Positions 39,232 to 52,248 of a stretch of 64,000 bases of DNA are shown in pieces. The DNA lies in contig CBFGKH010000001.1 of NCBI GenBank assembly GCA_965649295.1, positions 1 through 64,000 of the forward strand. Reading direction: 5' to 3'. Both the position numbers and the translations under genes were made by a program. The notes beneath the pieces are model-generated. The model had not been told where the DNA came from. It saw only the letters and a program-made list of their open reading frames with translations, and searched no databases. The DNA comes from a candidate division WOR-3 bacterium (GTDB lineage: Bacteria > Hydrothermota > Tepidihabitantia > Tepidihabitantales > Tepidihabitantaceae). Position 1 is the stretch's first letter; each line of letters starts with the position of its first letter.

Positions 39232-40053
39232 CTATGGCTCAATTAGAAGGCCGATACTGTGTGACAGCGGCAGCCGCGGATGAGTGCGAATCGCGTAATC
39301 CACGTGGACTAGCCGGTATCCGGTGCGCAGGCCGAAAGCCAGTGACACAGGCTCGGTCTGGACACCGGCCCGCAGAGTCAAGTAGTCTTCGACAATTCGG
39401 AACTCTTGTCCAATTGCTAACCGAGTTGGCTGTCCCGGTTCCTTCACGATATCCAGTGCTGACCTAATGTAGGGTGCAGGCGAGAATCCAAGCCCGAAGC
39501 TAAGCAGACGAGGCAAATCAGTACCGCCGACTTTGGGCATGTTGAGGTTGTGAGCGTAGAAACCGACGGTCCAAACTCGATAGATGCGAGCAAACATGCC
39601 GATGTCAACTCCAAAAGCAAAGCCCTGACCGAGGTCTTTCTGTGCAAAGTTGTAGCCATTCAGCCCGTAACCGAAAGCCAAATCTCGGGCCAGACTGAAG
39701 CCATGCACGAACCGTAATGACCGCTCGGACAGCAAATCAAGGCCCGACTCCTGTAGCCGCACGCCGAAAGTGCCTAGCTTTGCGACCGGCAGTAGGAACG
39801 CGGCTTGGACTACGTGGAGCCCCCCCACACCCCCATATGCAGACCTACCACCCAACGCACCAGCCAGTCTGTTCACCTGATAAAGACCGGCCGGGTTCAC
39901 GCCGATGGCTGAAACATCGTCAGCAATGGCGGTGAAAGCACCGGCCATTGCCTCAGGCCGCGGGCCGAACTCGTCGTCCTCGAATAGACCAAACGCCGGC
40001 GCAGCCAGTAGCACGACGACCACGCAGGCAACAAACATACGGAATCTGGTCAA
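39232..40053 (-). CDS. PorV/PorQ-like small outer-membrane beta-barrel
   Basis: GPRPEAMAGAFTAIADDVSAIGVNPAGL motif; TTG start with SD GGAGGAG. Confidence 0.7.
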   Translation of the reverse strand: MTRFRMFVACVVVVLLAAPAFGLFEDDEFGPRPEAMAGAFTAIADDVSAIGVNPAGLYQVNRLAGALGGRSAYGGVGGLHVVQAAFLLPVAKLGTFGVRLQESGLDLLSERSLRFVHGFSLARDLAFGYGLNGYNFAQKDLGQGFAFGVDIGMFARIYRVWTVGFYAHNLNMPKVGGTDLPRLLSFGLGFSPAPYIRSALDIVKEPGQPTRLAIGQEFRIVEDYLTLRAGVQTEPVSLAFGLRTGYRLVHVDYAIRTHPRLPLSHSIGLLIEP

Positions 40054-40195
40054 AGTTCTCCTCCGGGTTTGAGACTGGCTTGGCTAGTCATTCTAGGTGC
40101 TGCCGGTGCTGAGTCAAGGCAGACCCGGTACATTCTAGCGCTCGCTGCTTGACTAGCCAGACTGCCGGACTACGCTGAAAACGGAGGTCTGATTT

Positions 40196-42760
40196 ATGAC
40201 CAAACGCATCCCGGTCTTGAGTTTGCTGCTCGTCGCAACCGCTGTTGCTACGAGGGTCTGGTCTGAGGCCGAGTTCAATGAGTTTAGTCGAACCTTCAGT
40301 CCGAACACTGTCCCTCAGCCTGAGAACCCAGTACGCGGTCCGCGCCGGTTCAACTATCTCGAGCGAATCTACCGCCTCTGCGAATTCCTGAGAGAGTACC
40401 AAGTGGCCGACTCGTTCTCACCTGATTTCGGTGGAATTATCGAAGCAGAGTACCTGCAAAGTGTGATTGAAACTGACAACACCCAGGAGGCGATCTGGGT
40501 CTGGTCCCGCTGGTATGAACTGACCGGGCGCGATGACTATCGCACTCAGATTCGTCGTGCTTGGACCTATGTGCTCCGTCATCCAGCCTACCAGGAACAC
40601 GGCGGCCAACCGTCCAGCGTCTGGTACGCAGTCTGGAACTGCGGGCTTGGGTTTATGGCAGAAACCCGTTACCGTGCCGCGTATGGCGACACGACCTACC
40701 GCCGCTATGCCGATACCTGCCGCAGTTTCTACCTCAACAATCCGCTCTCGACCACGGCCTTGCACCAGCTCGTAACGAGCCAATCTTCGGGAATGGCCTA
40801 TGACTATGCAGTCGAGTTCAACGACGCTACCCTTCGCGATTCTGCACTTGCACGCTTGAATCGTGTGCGACAATGGATTGAACAATCCCCGACAACAAAC
40901 CTGGCAATCCAGAACTGGGCAATGTCTGGTGGCACCGCGTTCTGGGGGGTAGCCCATGGCTGGTGTCGCCACGACACCACCCTGGGCAATGCCTGGCTGC
41001 GCAACTACGTCCAGTATCTGCCTGGATTCTATCCCACTGGCAACTGGAACTGCTCTCACAACATCTGGCTGGCCAATGCCTATCGTGCGGCTGCCGAGGC
41101 TCTCGGTCATGAGAACTGGTGGTTGCTGCATCAGTATCTGACTGATACCCTGCTCTTTCTGGATAGCGACGGGGACGGCGGCATTCCAGCAACATGGACT
41201 GATCCGAACACTGCCGATCAAACCTGGGTCTCGACCTATCTCGACTTCATGGGCATGGACGTCTTTGTCACACCGGTCCATGATAATGACCTTAGCCTGC
41301 TCCAGTTCACGCAGCCGAACCCGAGGCAGTTACTGATTGCGCCCTGTACTTTACAAGCAACAATCCCTGTCACCAATGTTGGTCGAGACCAAACTAGCGT
41401 CGTGGTTCAGCTCACGGCACCTGGCACCAACGAGCGGGTGGCAGTCGGCCCGCTTGATTTCATGGCCACTGATACGGTCAGTTTTGCCCCGATCGTCATT
41501 GCCATGCCGGGACGATACGAACTAGTCGCCGCGCTGTCCGGCGACGACAACCCAAGCAACGACACACTAAGACTATCGCTGCACGTCCACGGCATAAGAA
41601 CTATTACCGGGCACGTCACCGATTCCCTTACTGCTGACCCAATCCACGCCTGGATTTACGCGAGGATTGCCGGCGACACTGCAATTTGGGACTCGTGCGA
41701 GACTAACCGCTCTGGCGGATTCACCCTGCGTATCATTGACACGCTGGTTGCCATCGACATGCGGACCTGGCCGCCCTACTATAACCGAACCTGGCATCTC
41801 GACCTACTCGGCGACACCACACTTATGCTAGTAACCGAGCCGGCCCAGATTCTCATTGCCGGCAACGATCCGGCCAGTAACTACGCCGAGTACTACGCGT
41901 CAACTCTAGATACGCTCGGTATCACCTGGTGTCTCTGGAACTGTCGAACCCAAGGGATGCTACCCTACAGTATGCTCGATCGGCTACAGGCGCGTACGCT
42001 CATCTGGTACTCCGGTGACGCCGAAATCGGCACAGTGCCGCCAGCTGATCGAGAAAGCCTGGCCGCGGCACTCAATCGCGGCATCAATCTGCTGCTCACC
42101 GGCCAGAACATCGCCGAAGAACTATCCGGCACTCCCTTTCTTCAGGCCACACTCGGCGCCCGCTTCGACTCCAGCGGCTACTCTGGCCTGTTCGTCTTTG
42201 GCAATCGGGCCGACTCGGTCGGCGAACGTTTGAAAGGAACCTCGACTGCAGGCGGCAACGGTGCCAACAACCAGACCTCACGCGACATCATATCGCCTCT
42301 TGCCGGTTCTCAAGGGATGTTCGTTTACGATTCGGTCACGCCACGCTACGCAGCGATTAGACGCGATGCCGGAACAGCCAAAGCCGTCTTGCTGGGATTC
42401 GGATTCGAATCGGTCAACCGACCGCCGGGTCGGCCGAGCTACTGGAATCGGATGCAGGTTCTCGGTTTGATTCTTAACTGGTTCAACCCCGGCATCGGCA
42501 TTGAGGAAAGACCTGCTCCGAAAGTCGAGCTGCCACAACCGTCTCCGACAATCACACGCAGTCAGCTCTTCATTCCGCCATCATCTGTTGACCACAAATC
42601 CTCGAACTGCTTCAGCCACCAGCGCTATGCCATCATCGACGCCGCCGGCCGCACTCTTCTAACTCTTCGTCCCGGACTCAATGACATTTCCTCGCTCGCG
42701 ACGGGTGTTTACTTCCTGACTGGCGACGGACAACCGCATCGCCTACTTGTCCTGCCTTGA
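40196..42760 (+). CDS. Secreted multidomain protein of unknown function with T9SS-like CTD
   Basis: SD GGAGG; signal peptide; W/Y-rich helical N-domain; CARDB-like DDNPSND; C-terminal DAAGR...GVYFL. Confidence 0.7.
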   Translation: MTKRIPVLSLLLVATAVATRVWSEAEFNEFSRTFSPNTVPQPENPVRGPRRFNYLERIYRLCEFLREYQVADSFSPDFGGIIEAEYLQSVIETDNTQEAIWVWSRWYELTGRDDYRTQIRRAWTYVLRHPAYQEHGGQPSSVWYAVWNCGLGFMAETRYRAAYGDTTYRRYADTCRSFYLNNPLSTTALHQLVTSQSSGMAYDYAVEFNDATLRDSALARLNRVRQWIEQSPTTNLAIQNWAMSGGTAFWGVAHGWCRHDTTLGNAWLRNYVQYLPGFYPTGNWNCSHNIWLANAYRAAAEALGHENWWLLHQYLTDTLLFLDSDGDGGIPATWTDPNTADQTWVSTYLDFMGMDVFVTPVHDNDLSLLQFTQPNPRQLLIAPCTLQATIPVTNVGRDQTSVVVQLTAPGTNERVAVGPLDFMATDTVSFAPIVIAMPGRYELVAALSGDDNPSNDTLRLSLHVHGIRTITGHVTDSLTADPIHAWIYARIAGDTAIWDSCETNRSGGFTLRIIDTLVAIDMRTWPPYYNRTWHLDLLGDTTLMLVTEPAQILIAGNDPASNYAEYYASTLDTLGITWCLWNCRTQGMLPYSMLDRLQARTLIWYSGDAEIGTVPPADRESLAAALNRGINLLLTGQNIAEELSGTPFLQATLGARFDSSGYSGLFVFGNRADSVGERLKGTSTAGGNGANNQTSRDIISPLAGSQGMFVYDSVTPRYAAIRRDAGTAKAVLLGFGFESVNRPPGRPSYWNRMQVLGLILNWFNPGIGIEERPAPKVELPQPSPTITRSQLFIPPSSVDHKSSNCFSHQRYAIIDAAGRTLLTLRPGLNDISSLATGVYFLTGDGQPHRLLVLP

Positions 42761-42789
42761 AATGTAACCGGCGCCAGCCGGATTCAAAG

Positions 42790-42821
42790 CAGCAGGGGCA
42801 GGCACCTGCCCACCCCTGCTG
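42790..42821. terminator. Hairpin between convergent genes
   Basis: CAGCAGGGG...CCCCTGCTG stem. Confidence 0.55.
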
Positions 42822-42835
42822 TGGTAGTTGAGCTA

Positions 42836-45800
42836 CTACTTCCCAACTACAAGTTTCTGCTTTTCCAGCCCGGCCGGGGTGGAGAGCTGACAGAAATAGA
42901 CACCGGGCGCCACCGTCCGACTCTTGTCCACGCGTCGGTCCCAACTAATCGAGTAGTCTCCTGGCGACATCGTCGCGTCAACAAAAGTGTGAACAAGACG
43001 TCCGCTTGCGTCATACAGCCGCAAACTCACCTGTCCACCAATCGGCACATGCCATGCTATTTGAGTACGACTACGTACCGGGTTCGGATAGAGCCTGAAC
43101 CTAGCCGCCTCAGCTCCTAGCGACCGAACCTGCTCGTCCTCGACACCAACAGTGAATGGTGGTGTCGTGGTGTAGAGGATCGCCCGACCCGCGGCGATCT
43201 GGGCACAGCCGCGATGGTAGGCGCCGTCGAACAGATTCTGAATACCAATCGCCTGAGTCTGATCCTGCATGCCCAGTGTGGACGAGCCGTAACCGGCTGC
43301 GGTTTTGTACTGCACGAGTATCGCGTTGTCTCCGGTCGGCGTCACGACTGTTGTATCGTAGAAGATGATCTGGAACTTGTCACGGGTAGAGGTTGATGAG
43401 TAGTAACCAACTGAGTCGTATTCAACAATCAATCGGTGGTTTGCAGCATCGTGGTACCAGTAGACGTAGCCGGTGCCACCGCCGCCCGAGACTGGGTACA
43501 GGTCGTCCCAGTTAGCAAAGACTGCGGCCCGGGGTGCAGAAGAACTAGGAATACCGACATTAGAGTAGTTAGTCGTTGTGTAGTTACCCATCGCAATCCA
43601 GCCGTCAGCCGAAATCGAAATCTGGGTATAGCGGTTGCCATAGAACTTCACCGGTCCGAATCCGGTCGGCAAACTGACCATCACAACCGCATCGTTCTGT
43701 GAGAACGTCAGGCGTGTACCGACTGTGTTAATCTCAACCCAGTTGTAGGTCGGGTGCGGCTCATAGCTGGTGTCCGAATTATCGTAGGCATAATAACGAG
43801 CAGGCTGACGCGGCCCGTCAGGAATTGGGTCAACTGCCCGTATTTCCCCGACAACGATAACGAATGTTCTGGTGACAGCGTACCCACCATCGGCAGTGAT
43901 GTGCAGCGTGCAGGTCACCGATGTCTCCAGTGGCATGCCAGCTGCTGCTGAAATTACAAACATGTCTGTCTCGTTGGTCCCTACTGCGCCAGCCCGGACC
44001 GTTCCCCAACTGGCGCTATTGTCCACTACGGTCAGCCGGGCATCACCGGACGCCAAAGTTGCCCGGACATCGTAACCATGCCCCAGTCCGGTGTTCTGCA
44101 AGTTAACGACCAAGTCCGATACTTCGCCCGGATCTAGCTTGCCATTGCCGTTGCCACGAGCACTGTCACGGACCAAAACTGCCCCATTCTGCAACACCGG
44201 CGCGCCAACGTAGAAAGTCATTGTCGAAACCCATACCGAGTCGAGTGCGTCGCGAACAACTAACGAACAAGGAATCGGGTAACCATTGGTCAAACCCGAG
44301 TTCACTGTCAGGCCGAAACCATCTGTGCCAGTCCAGGCCGAATCACCCGCACCGATACTACCGAAGCTCTTTACCGAGTCGGTAATCTGCGCATTCGGGT
44401 CATGGGTGCGCAACCGAGCTGTGACCGAATTGGCCGTTTGCTGACCCCAGTTCTTCACCCAGGTCGGCAGCTTCACAACCTCACCTGGGTTCAGAATCGA
44501 GTCCGCATTGCCACCCGGTGTCGGGTCATGGATGGTTGAACGCAACCAGGTCACATAGCGTTGCGAAGCGATTACCTGAACCGTATCTTGCTTCAGATAG
44601 CGGTTGCGTGCCTTGGCAGTCAGTAGCATCGGCCCTGGCGTTGTCGGTGAAACGTAAAGCGTCACCTGCCCCGAGGCATTGGTCCGGCCCGTGACGTAAA
44701 CCTCACTACCCTTCCAGAGCAATACGTTTGCTGCCTCAATCGGCGTACCGCCAGCAGTCACAGTAACGGTGTACGGCAGATTGTTACCGACGTTGACGGT
44801 CCCCGTATGTGTAACAGTCAACTGGCCTGGCTCAGTGGTCCAGACCTCAAGCTCGGGGTCACCGTGATAGTTCAGCTCGTATATACAGAATCGCTGCATG
44901 TCATAGCGACCGGCCGAATCGGCATAGGGCGCCCACCAAGCCTTGGAGAATGCCAGAGCCTGACCTGGACGATATTCGCTATTGTTCAGAATCCGGGAGA
45001 AGAAAACCGTATCGAGTCGTTCCGACGGTCCCGGCACATAGCCGCCGACATAAGCGCCATAGCCGTAGCGCGAATTGAACGCTGCTCCAACCGCGCCGCC
45101 GCCGACTCGGTTCATCAGGTGTTCAGAGAAGCAGTCACCACCCGGCACCTCATCCCAGGCGCCGGCGAAACAGGCAATCGAGACATGAATCCCCTGCCTG
45201 GCGCCATTCGTGAGCGCCTGGGCATCGCTTGAATTGATATACGGCGATGAACCCATATAGACGCCGTTCTCGTCGCCATGGCCTACAAAGTGTCCAAGTC
45301 CAAATCCGGAATTCATCGAATCCCGAACACGTTGCTGCGACAGCGTGCCCGTACGCTCGTATAGCCGTGAATCCTGCCAGTCAGCCGGAGTCATTCGGGC
45401 GATTGACTCCTGCATCGGCCGCTCCTCGTAGCTCGACCAGAGGATCGCGGTCGGCAGCAACAACTTGCGTAGGTACCCGGTAGGAGGGTTCTGCTCGTAA
45501 GTCAGGGTCTTGTTTACAAAGTTCTGCGCCTGAGCCACGTTGTTCACAGTTGCCCGGCCGACAAAAACCTCGGAAAGCATGTCCGCCTGGTCCTGACGCT
45601 GACCATAGACGCGATTGCCGTTGGCATCCCAGTTGCCGTCCAGACCACCGTAGTACAGATCGCAAGGAATCGTGTCCTCGTCATTGTAATAACCGACGCC
45701 CTGCGTGATGTAGTAGCAGTCGCGCGTCGGAATGATGTTCTGACCGGTCGTCCGGTGGTCAGCCGCGCCACCCAGAAGCACCCAACGCGTTCCCCAGTTC

Positions 45801-46663
45801 TGATACGCATCAATAATGAAGTTGCGAATCTTCTCCTGCGTATCGTAGCCGGAATAGTTGGCGTTGATATATGGTAGTGTCACGGTTGTTGCCGGCACAC
45901 CCTTCAGTGTCTTCCACGCCACCAGTCGGTCGAAGCAAGTGTCGAGCGGTGGCGTGGAGATAACCACATACTCGTAACGTCCTGGCGGCAAAGACGACAG
46001 CGCGGAGCGCCTAATCGTCGGCTCGAACCGTTCCACATCCTGAGGATTCACAACCAGCGAACGGACCATCTCCGCATAGAACTCCCGCTGGCCGAGTGAC
46101 GGCACAGTCGCATCACTGTTTCCATTGGCGTAAGTCAATCGGTAGCTCAACCTTGTCGCCAGTTGCAACTCGCCGGTCGTCGGGTTCCAACGCACCGGCA
46201 GAACTTCAACGAAAGCAATCCGGAATCCACCCAATGTTCCTGATTCTAGCAACCGCAGTGGGCTTGACGGATAGTAAGCGTTCACCGCATAAACTGAAGG
46301 ATCAGGCTCGTAAGCAAGCCCCTGCCTGTCCAAACCGTTGCGCCGGCAATCAAGCGTCATCAAGGCGACGTCCGGCTGGGCCGGCACTAGGTTATGGTGG
46401 CCAGGGATGGTCATCCATTCGACGTCAACTAGCTCAACCGCAGTCGGCTCTGCACCAGCCGGTATCAGTACCCGCTCTACCACCCGCGGTATTCGGGGCA
46501 TCCCTGGCTGAACCAGCGCCGGGTAGCCGGCGAGCTCTACAACATCAAAACCACCGACCGACCAGAAGGAAAAGTCAGCCGGACTGAACACGGCAGTCTG
46601 GCTTACTGTACCCGCAGAAAGCGGCAGCACAGCACAGACTAGCACCAGTAGGACGTTACGCAT
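42836..46663 (-). CDS. Second gingipain-like peptidase C25 with propeptide, nidogen-like module and T9SS/FlgD-type CTD
   Basis: SD AAGGAG; start ATG 46663; WVLLGG, FVGRA, VGHG, SIAC, YHGDP; C-terminal YPNP...YDASGRLV...GVYF. Confidence 0.88.
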   Translation of the reverse strand: MRNVLLVLVCAVLPLSAGTVSQTAVFSPADFSFWSVGGFDVVELAGYPALVQPGMPRIPRVVERVLIPAGAEPTAVELVDVEWMTIPGHHNLVPAQPDVALMTLDCRRNGLDRQGLAYEPDPSVYAVNAYYPSSPLRLLESGTLGGFRIAFVEVLPVRWNPTTGELQLATRLSYRLTYANGNSDATVPSLGQREFYAEMVRSLVVNPQDVERFEPTIRRSALSSLPPGRYEYVVISTPPLDTCFDRLVAWKTLKGVPATTVTLPYINANYSGYDTQEKIRNFIIDAYQNWGTRWVLLGGAADHRTTGQNIIPTRDCYYITQGVGYYNDEDTIPCDLYYGGLDGNWDANGNRVYGQRQDQADMLSEVFVGRATVNNVAQAQNFVNKTLTYEQNPPTGYLRKLLLPTAILWSSYEERPMQESIARMTPADWQDSRLYERTGTLSQQRVRDSMNSGFGLGHFVGHGDENGVYMGSSPYINSSDAQALTNGARQGIHVSIACFAGAWDEVPGGDCFSEHLMNRVGGGAVGAAFNSRYGYGAYVGGYVPGPSERLDTVFFSRILNNSEYRPGQALAFSKAWWAPYADSAGRYDMQRFCIYELNYHGDPELEVWTTEPGQLTVTHTGTVNVGNNLPYTVTVTAGGTPIEAANVLLWKGSEVYVTGRTNASGQVTLYVSPTTPGPMLLTAKARNRYLKQDTVQVIASQRYVTWLRSTIHDPTPGGNADSILNPGEVVKLPTWVKNWGQQTANSVTARLRTHDPNAQITDSVKSFGSIGAGDSAWTGTDGFGLTVNSGLTNGYPIPCSLVVRDALDSVWVSTMTFYVGAPVLQNGAVLVRDSARGNGNGKLDPGEVSDLVVNLQNTGLGHGYDVRATLASGDARLTVVDNSASWGTVRAGAVGTNETDMFVISAAAGMPLETSVTCTLHITADGGYAVTRTFVIVVGEIRAVDPIPDGPRQPARYYAYDNSDTSYEPHPTYNWVEINTVGTRLTFSQNDAVVMVSLPTGFGPVKFYGNRYTQISISADGWIAMGNYTTTNYSNVGIPSSSAPRAAVFANWDDLYPVSGGGGTGYVYWYHDAANHRLIVEYDSVGYYSSTSTRDKFQIIFYDTTVVTPTGDNAILVQYKTAAGYGSSTLGMQDQTQAIGIQNLFDGAYHRGCAQIAAGRAILYTTTPPFTVGVEDEQVRSLGAEAARFRLYPNPVRSRTQIAWHVPIGGQVSLRLYDASGRLVHTFVDATMSPGDYSISWDRRVDKSRTVAPGVYFCQLSTPAGLEKQKLVVGK

Positions 46664-46804
46664 TGATACTCCTTTGGTCAGGACCGGACGGAACTGTAAT
46701 AGAAAGATTCTAGACCCTTGGTAGTTCGGCGTCAATGGCCGCCGCAGTCATCGCGGAACCGAGCCTGGCTTGACCTCGTATCTGCTTTGCCTACGCTTCA
46801 CCCT

Positions 46805-47608
46805 GTGTCCCGTCGCCAAGTAAGGGAACGTCACGAACAGCGCAAACAGAGTTTCGACACTAACCCGCAGCTATATGAGAAAGCCCGACCAAGCTATCCT
46901 GAGGAGCTGTTCGACGACCTCATTCACCTCTCCGGTATCCGACCGGGTGACCGGATTCTCGAGATTGGGCCCGGTACTGGCCAGGCCACCCTGCCGCTGG
47001 CCCGCCGCAACTTTCGCATCACTGCCGTCGAACTGGGCCCGCGCATGGCCCGGCGCTGCGCCCAAAATCTTCGTGCCTTTCCCAAGGTAGCAGTTCACAA
47101 CTGCGCCTTCGAACAATGGCCGATTGAAGCCGAGGCCTATGACCTCGCTGTCTCGGCCAGCGCATTCCACTGGATACCCGCTGGTATTGGATTCCGCCGT
47201 GTTGCCCAGGCGCTGAAGCCAGAACGTCATCTTGCGCTTATCTGGGTTTTCGGCGAGGATCAAAAAGACCCACTCAGCCTTGCACTACATCAGACCTATC
47301 AGCAATTCGGCCTCAAGCCCTGGCGGCCGCGTCCGCCCGAAGTCCGCATTCAGCGCCAAGTAAAGCGTATTGAAAACTCAGGTCTGTTCGGTCCGGTCGC
47401 AGTCCGGCGCTATCCTGGCTCCCAAGAATATTCTGCCGACAGCTACATCGCCTTACTCCGGACAATGTCCGACCACGCCATCCTCAGTAACCCGACTCGG
47501 CACAGGCTATTTCAGCTCATCCGCGAGATATTCACCTACCACGGCGGCACCTACACGCGTCACTTTATCTCGGTTCTACTGCTTGCGGCGAAGCGCCGCG
47601 CCCCCTAA
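46805..47608 (+). CDS. Class I SAM-dependent methyltransferase
   Basis: YEKARPSYP, LEIGPGTG, SAFHW; GTG start 7 nt after TACGCT. Confidence 0.85.
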   Translation: MSRRQVRERHEQRKQSFDTNPQLYEKARPSYPEELFDDLIHLSGIRPGDRILEIGPGTGQATLPLARRNFRITAVELGPRMARRCAQNLRAFPKVAVHNCAFEQWPIEAEAYDLAVSASAFHWIPAGIGFRRVAQALKPERHLALIWVFGEDQKDPLSLALHQTYQQFGLKPWRPRPPEVRIQRQVKRIENSGLFGPVAVRRYPGSQEYSADSYIALLRTMSDHAILSNPTRHRLFQLIREIFTYHGGTYTRHFISVLLLAAKRRAP

Positions 47609-47701
47609 ACCCCGTAAACAACAGTGGACTTGCCAAGGGGTCGTTCGGAACTTCAATCTGGAATGCGCACCAACCGCTGACGGTTCAAGGTCTAACTAGT
47701 A

Positions 47702-49756
47702 GTGAATAGACTAAGCCGGGAGACAAGCCCATATCTGCGTGACCACGCCAATCAGCCAGTAGACTGGTACCCATGGGGCGAGGAGGCACTCAGTCGTGCC
47801 CGGGCTGAAGACAAGCCGATTTTTCTGTCCATAGGTTACTCAGCATGTCACTGGTGCCACGTCATGGCCCGGGAGTCTTTTTCGAATCCAGTAATTGCCC
47901 AGCGACTCAACAGCGACTTCATACCGATCAAGGTTGACCGCGAAGAACGCCCCGACCTTGATGAAATCTACATCGAGGCGGTGCGTTTGATGACCGGCTC
48001 AGCGGGCTGGCCGCTTTCGGTGTTTCTGACGCCTGAACTCAAACCATTCTATGGTGGCACATACTTCCCGCCTGAGCCTCGACTGGGCCTAGCCGGTTTT
48101 GGTCGCGTCCTTGAAGCTGTCCTGCACTACTACCGAACCGAACGCCATGAGATTGATGCTGCGGCCAATCGGGTGACCGCCGAAATAATCAGCCTCTCAA
48201 CTCTCCATCCATACAAATTTCAATTGACTGATGTCCCACTCCGACGGTTCTACGAGCAGCGTCTCGAGGCATTCGACTCTGACCATGGCGGCTTTGGTAT
48301 TGCTCCCAAGTTCCCCGGGCCAACTGAGCTCAGTCTTCTGCTACGGCTCGCCCAACGCCAAGGCTTTGGCCAGGCCCTGCCGATGGTCGAACTCACGCTG
48401 CGTAAGATGGCCGACGGCGGTATCTACGACCAGCTTGGCGGCGGTTTCCATCGCTACTCAACCGACACAATCTGGCTTGTCCCCCACTTCGAGAAGATGC
48501 TCTATGATAATGCCCTCCTAGCCAGCGTCTATGCTGAGACCTGGCGCTTGACCCGCGACGACCTATACCGCCGCGTTGCTGAAGAGACCCTCGGCTATGT
48601 GCTACGTGAACTAAGGCATCCTAATGGTGGCTTCTGTTCGTCACAGGATGCTGAATCATCAGGCAGCGAAGGCGGCTACTACACTTGGACACTCAGTGAA
48701 CTTGCCACCGCCACCGGCCCTGAGCTAGCGCCACTCGCTGCCAGCTTCTATGGCGTGACTTCAACCGGTCACTATCAGGGCACCAACGTCCTGCACATTG
48801 CCACGCCGGTCGAGGTGCTGTTGCGACAGCACCGCCTTGATCTAAACTCACTCTGGCAGCGGCTTACTGAAATTCGATCCCGCCTCGTTTCTGCTCGAAA
48901 CCGACGCCCCCATCCTCGTCGCGATGACAAAGTGCTAGCTGACTGGAACGGCCTGCTGCTCTCAGCGCTCGCTTACTGCGGCCGAGTCTTTGCAGACACC
49001 AACCTGCTCAGAGAAGCCCAAGGACTCGCTGACTATCTGATAACCGAATTGGCCGAAGATGACGAACTATACCATCTGCGCCGGCCAGGCCTCGCTGACG
49101 TGCCTGGCCAGCTTGCTGACTACGCATTTGTTGGACTCGGCTTGCTCGACCTCTACGAAGCCGTGTTCGATCATCGCTACCTTGCTAGGACGTTAGGTTT
49201 TGCTGACCGACTGATTGCACTGTTCAAGGCCGATCAGGGCGGATTCTACACCACCCGATCCGAGACACCGGGGCTAATTGCCCGAATAATGGCTGGAACC
49301 GATGGCGCGATTCCTGCCGGCAACTCCGCAGCGATTGTCCTGCTTCTACGGCTTGGTCGGCTTTGTGGTCGTCACGAATTCGTACGCGAGGCCGAAGCGG
49401 CCCTGCGACGATTCTATCCCTTGCTTGAACACTATCCTTCGGCTCTCAGTCGTATGACCGCTGCTCTTGACCTGCTGCTCAACCCTGGTCCGGAAGTTGT
49501 GCTCTTCGCGCCGGACGAATCAACCGAATCCAAGGCAATGCTCGAATTGCTCGTCCAGCAACCAGATGAAAAGCGAGTCACCGCTGTCGTCAGAGCAACA
49601 CAACCGGGCCCAGCGAACGAACGTCTAATACCAATGATGAATGGCAGATACGCAATCCATAACCGACCGACTGCTTGGGTTTGTCGTCAAGGCAGATGCC
49701 AAGAACCAGTCACAACTGCTGCCGACCTCGGCCGTCTTCTTAACTATGAAGGCTAA
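47702..49756 (+). CDS. YyaL/SPATA20 thioredoxin-domain protein
   Basis: [44 protein letters not shown]. Confidence 0.92.
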   Translation: MNRLSRETSPYLRDHANQPVDWYPWGEEALSRARAEDKPIFLSIGYSACHWCHVMARESFSNPVIAQRLNSDFIPIKVDREERPDLDEIYIEAVRLMTGSAGWPLSVFLTPELKPFYGGTYFPPEPRLGLAGFGRVLEAVLHYYRTERHEIDAAANRVTAEIISLSTLHPYKFQLTDVPLRRFYEQRLEAFDSDHGGFGIAPKFPGPTELSLLLRLAQRQGFGQALPMVELTLRKMADGGIYDQLGGGFHRYSTDTIWLVPHFEKMLYDNALLASVYAETWRLTRDDLYRRVAEETLGYVLRELRHPNGGFCSSQDAESSGSEGGYYTWTLSELATATGPELAPLAASFYGVTSTGHYQGTNVLHIATPVEVLLRQHRLDLNSLWQRLTEIRSRLVSARNRRPHPRRDDKVLADWNGLLLSALAYCGRVFADTNLLREAQGLADYLITELAEDDELYHLRRPGLADVPGQLADYAFVGLGLLDLYEAVFDHRYLARTLGFADRLIALFKADQGGFYTTRSETPGLIARIMAGTDGAIPAGNSAAIVLLLRLGRLCGRHEFVREAEAALRRFYPLLEHYPSALSRMTAALDLLLNPGPEVVLFAPDESTESKAMLELLVQQPDEKRVTAVVRATQPGPANERLIPMMNGRYAIHNRPTAWVCRQGRCQEPVTTAADLGRLLNYEG

Positions 49757-49771
49757 GCCTGCCTCTGTCGC

Positions 49772-49800
49772 TTGACACTTTGGCCATGGCGAAATAGACT
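49772..49800 (+). promoter_or_regulatory. sigma70 promoter of clpC-bamA
   Basis: TTGACA-17 bp-TAGACT; ATG 9 nt downstream. Confidence 0.65.
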
Positions 49801-49809
49801 AACTTACTA

Positions 49810-52244
<2,435 letters not shown>

Positions 52245-52248
<4 letters not shown>

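Noticed and set aside
40418..41281. Long antisense ORFs (also 2020-2712, 16216-16926, 35774-36487, 61362-62021)
   Set aside because: Shadow frames of well-supported genes in GC-rich DNA, with no motifs.
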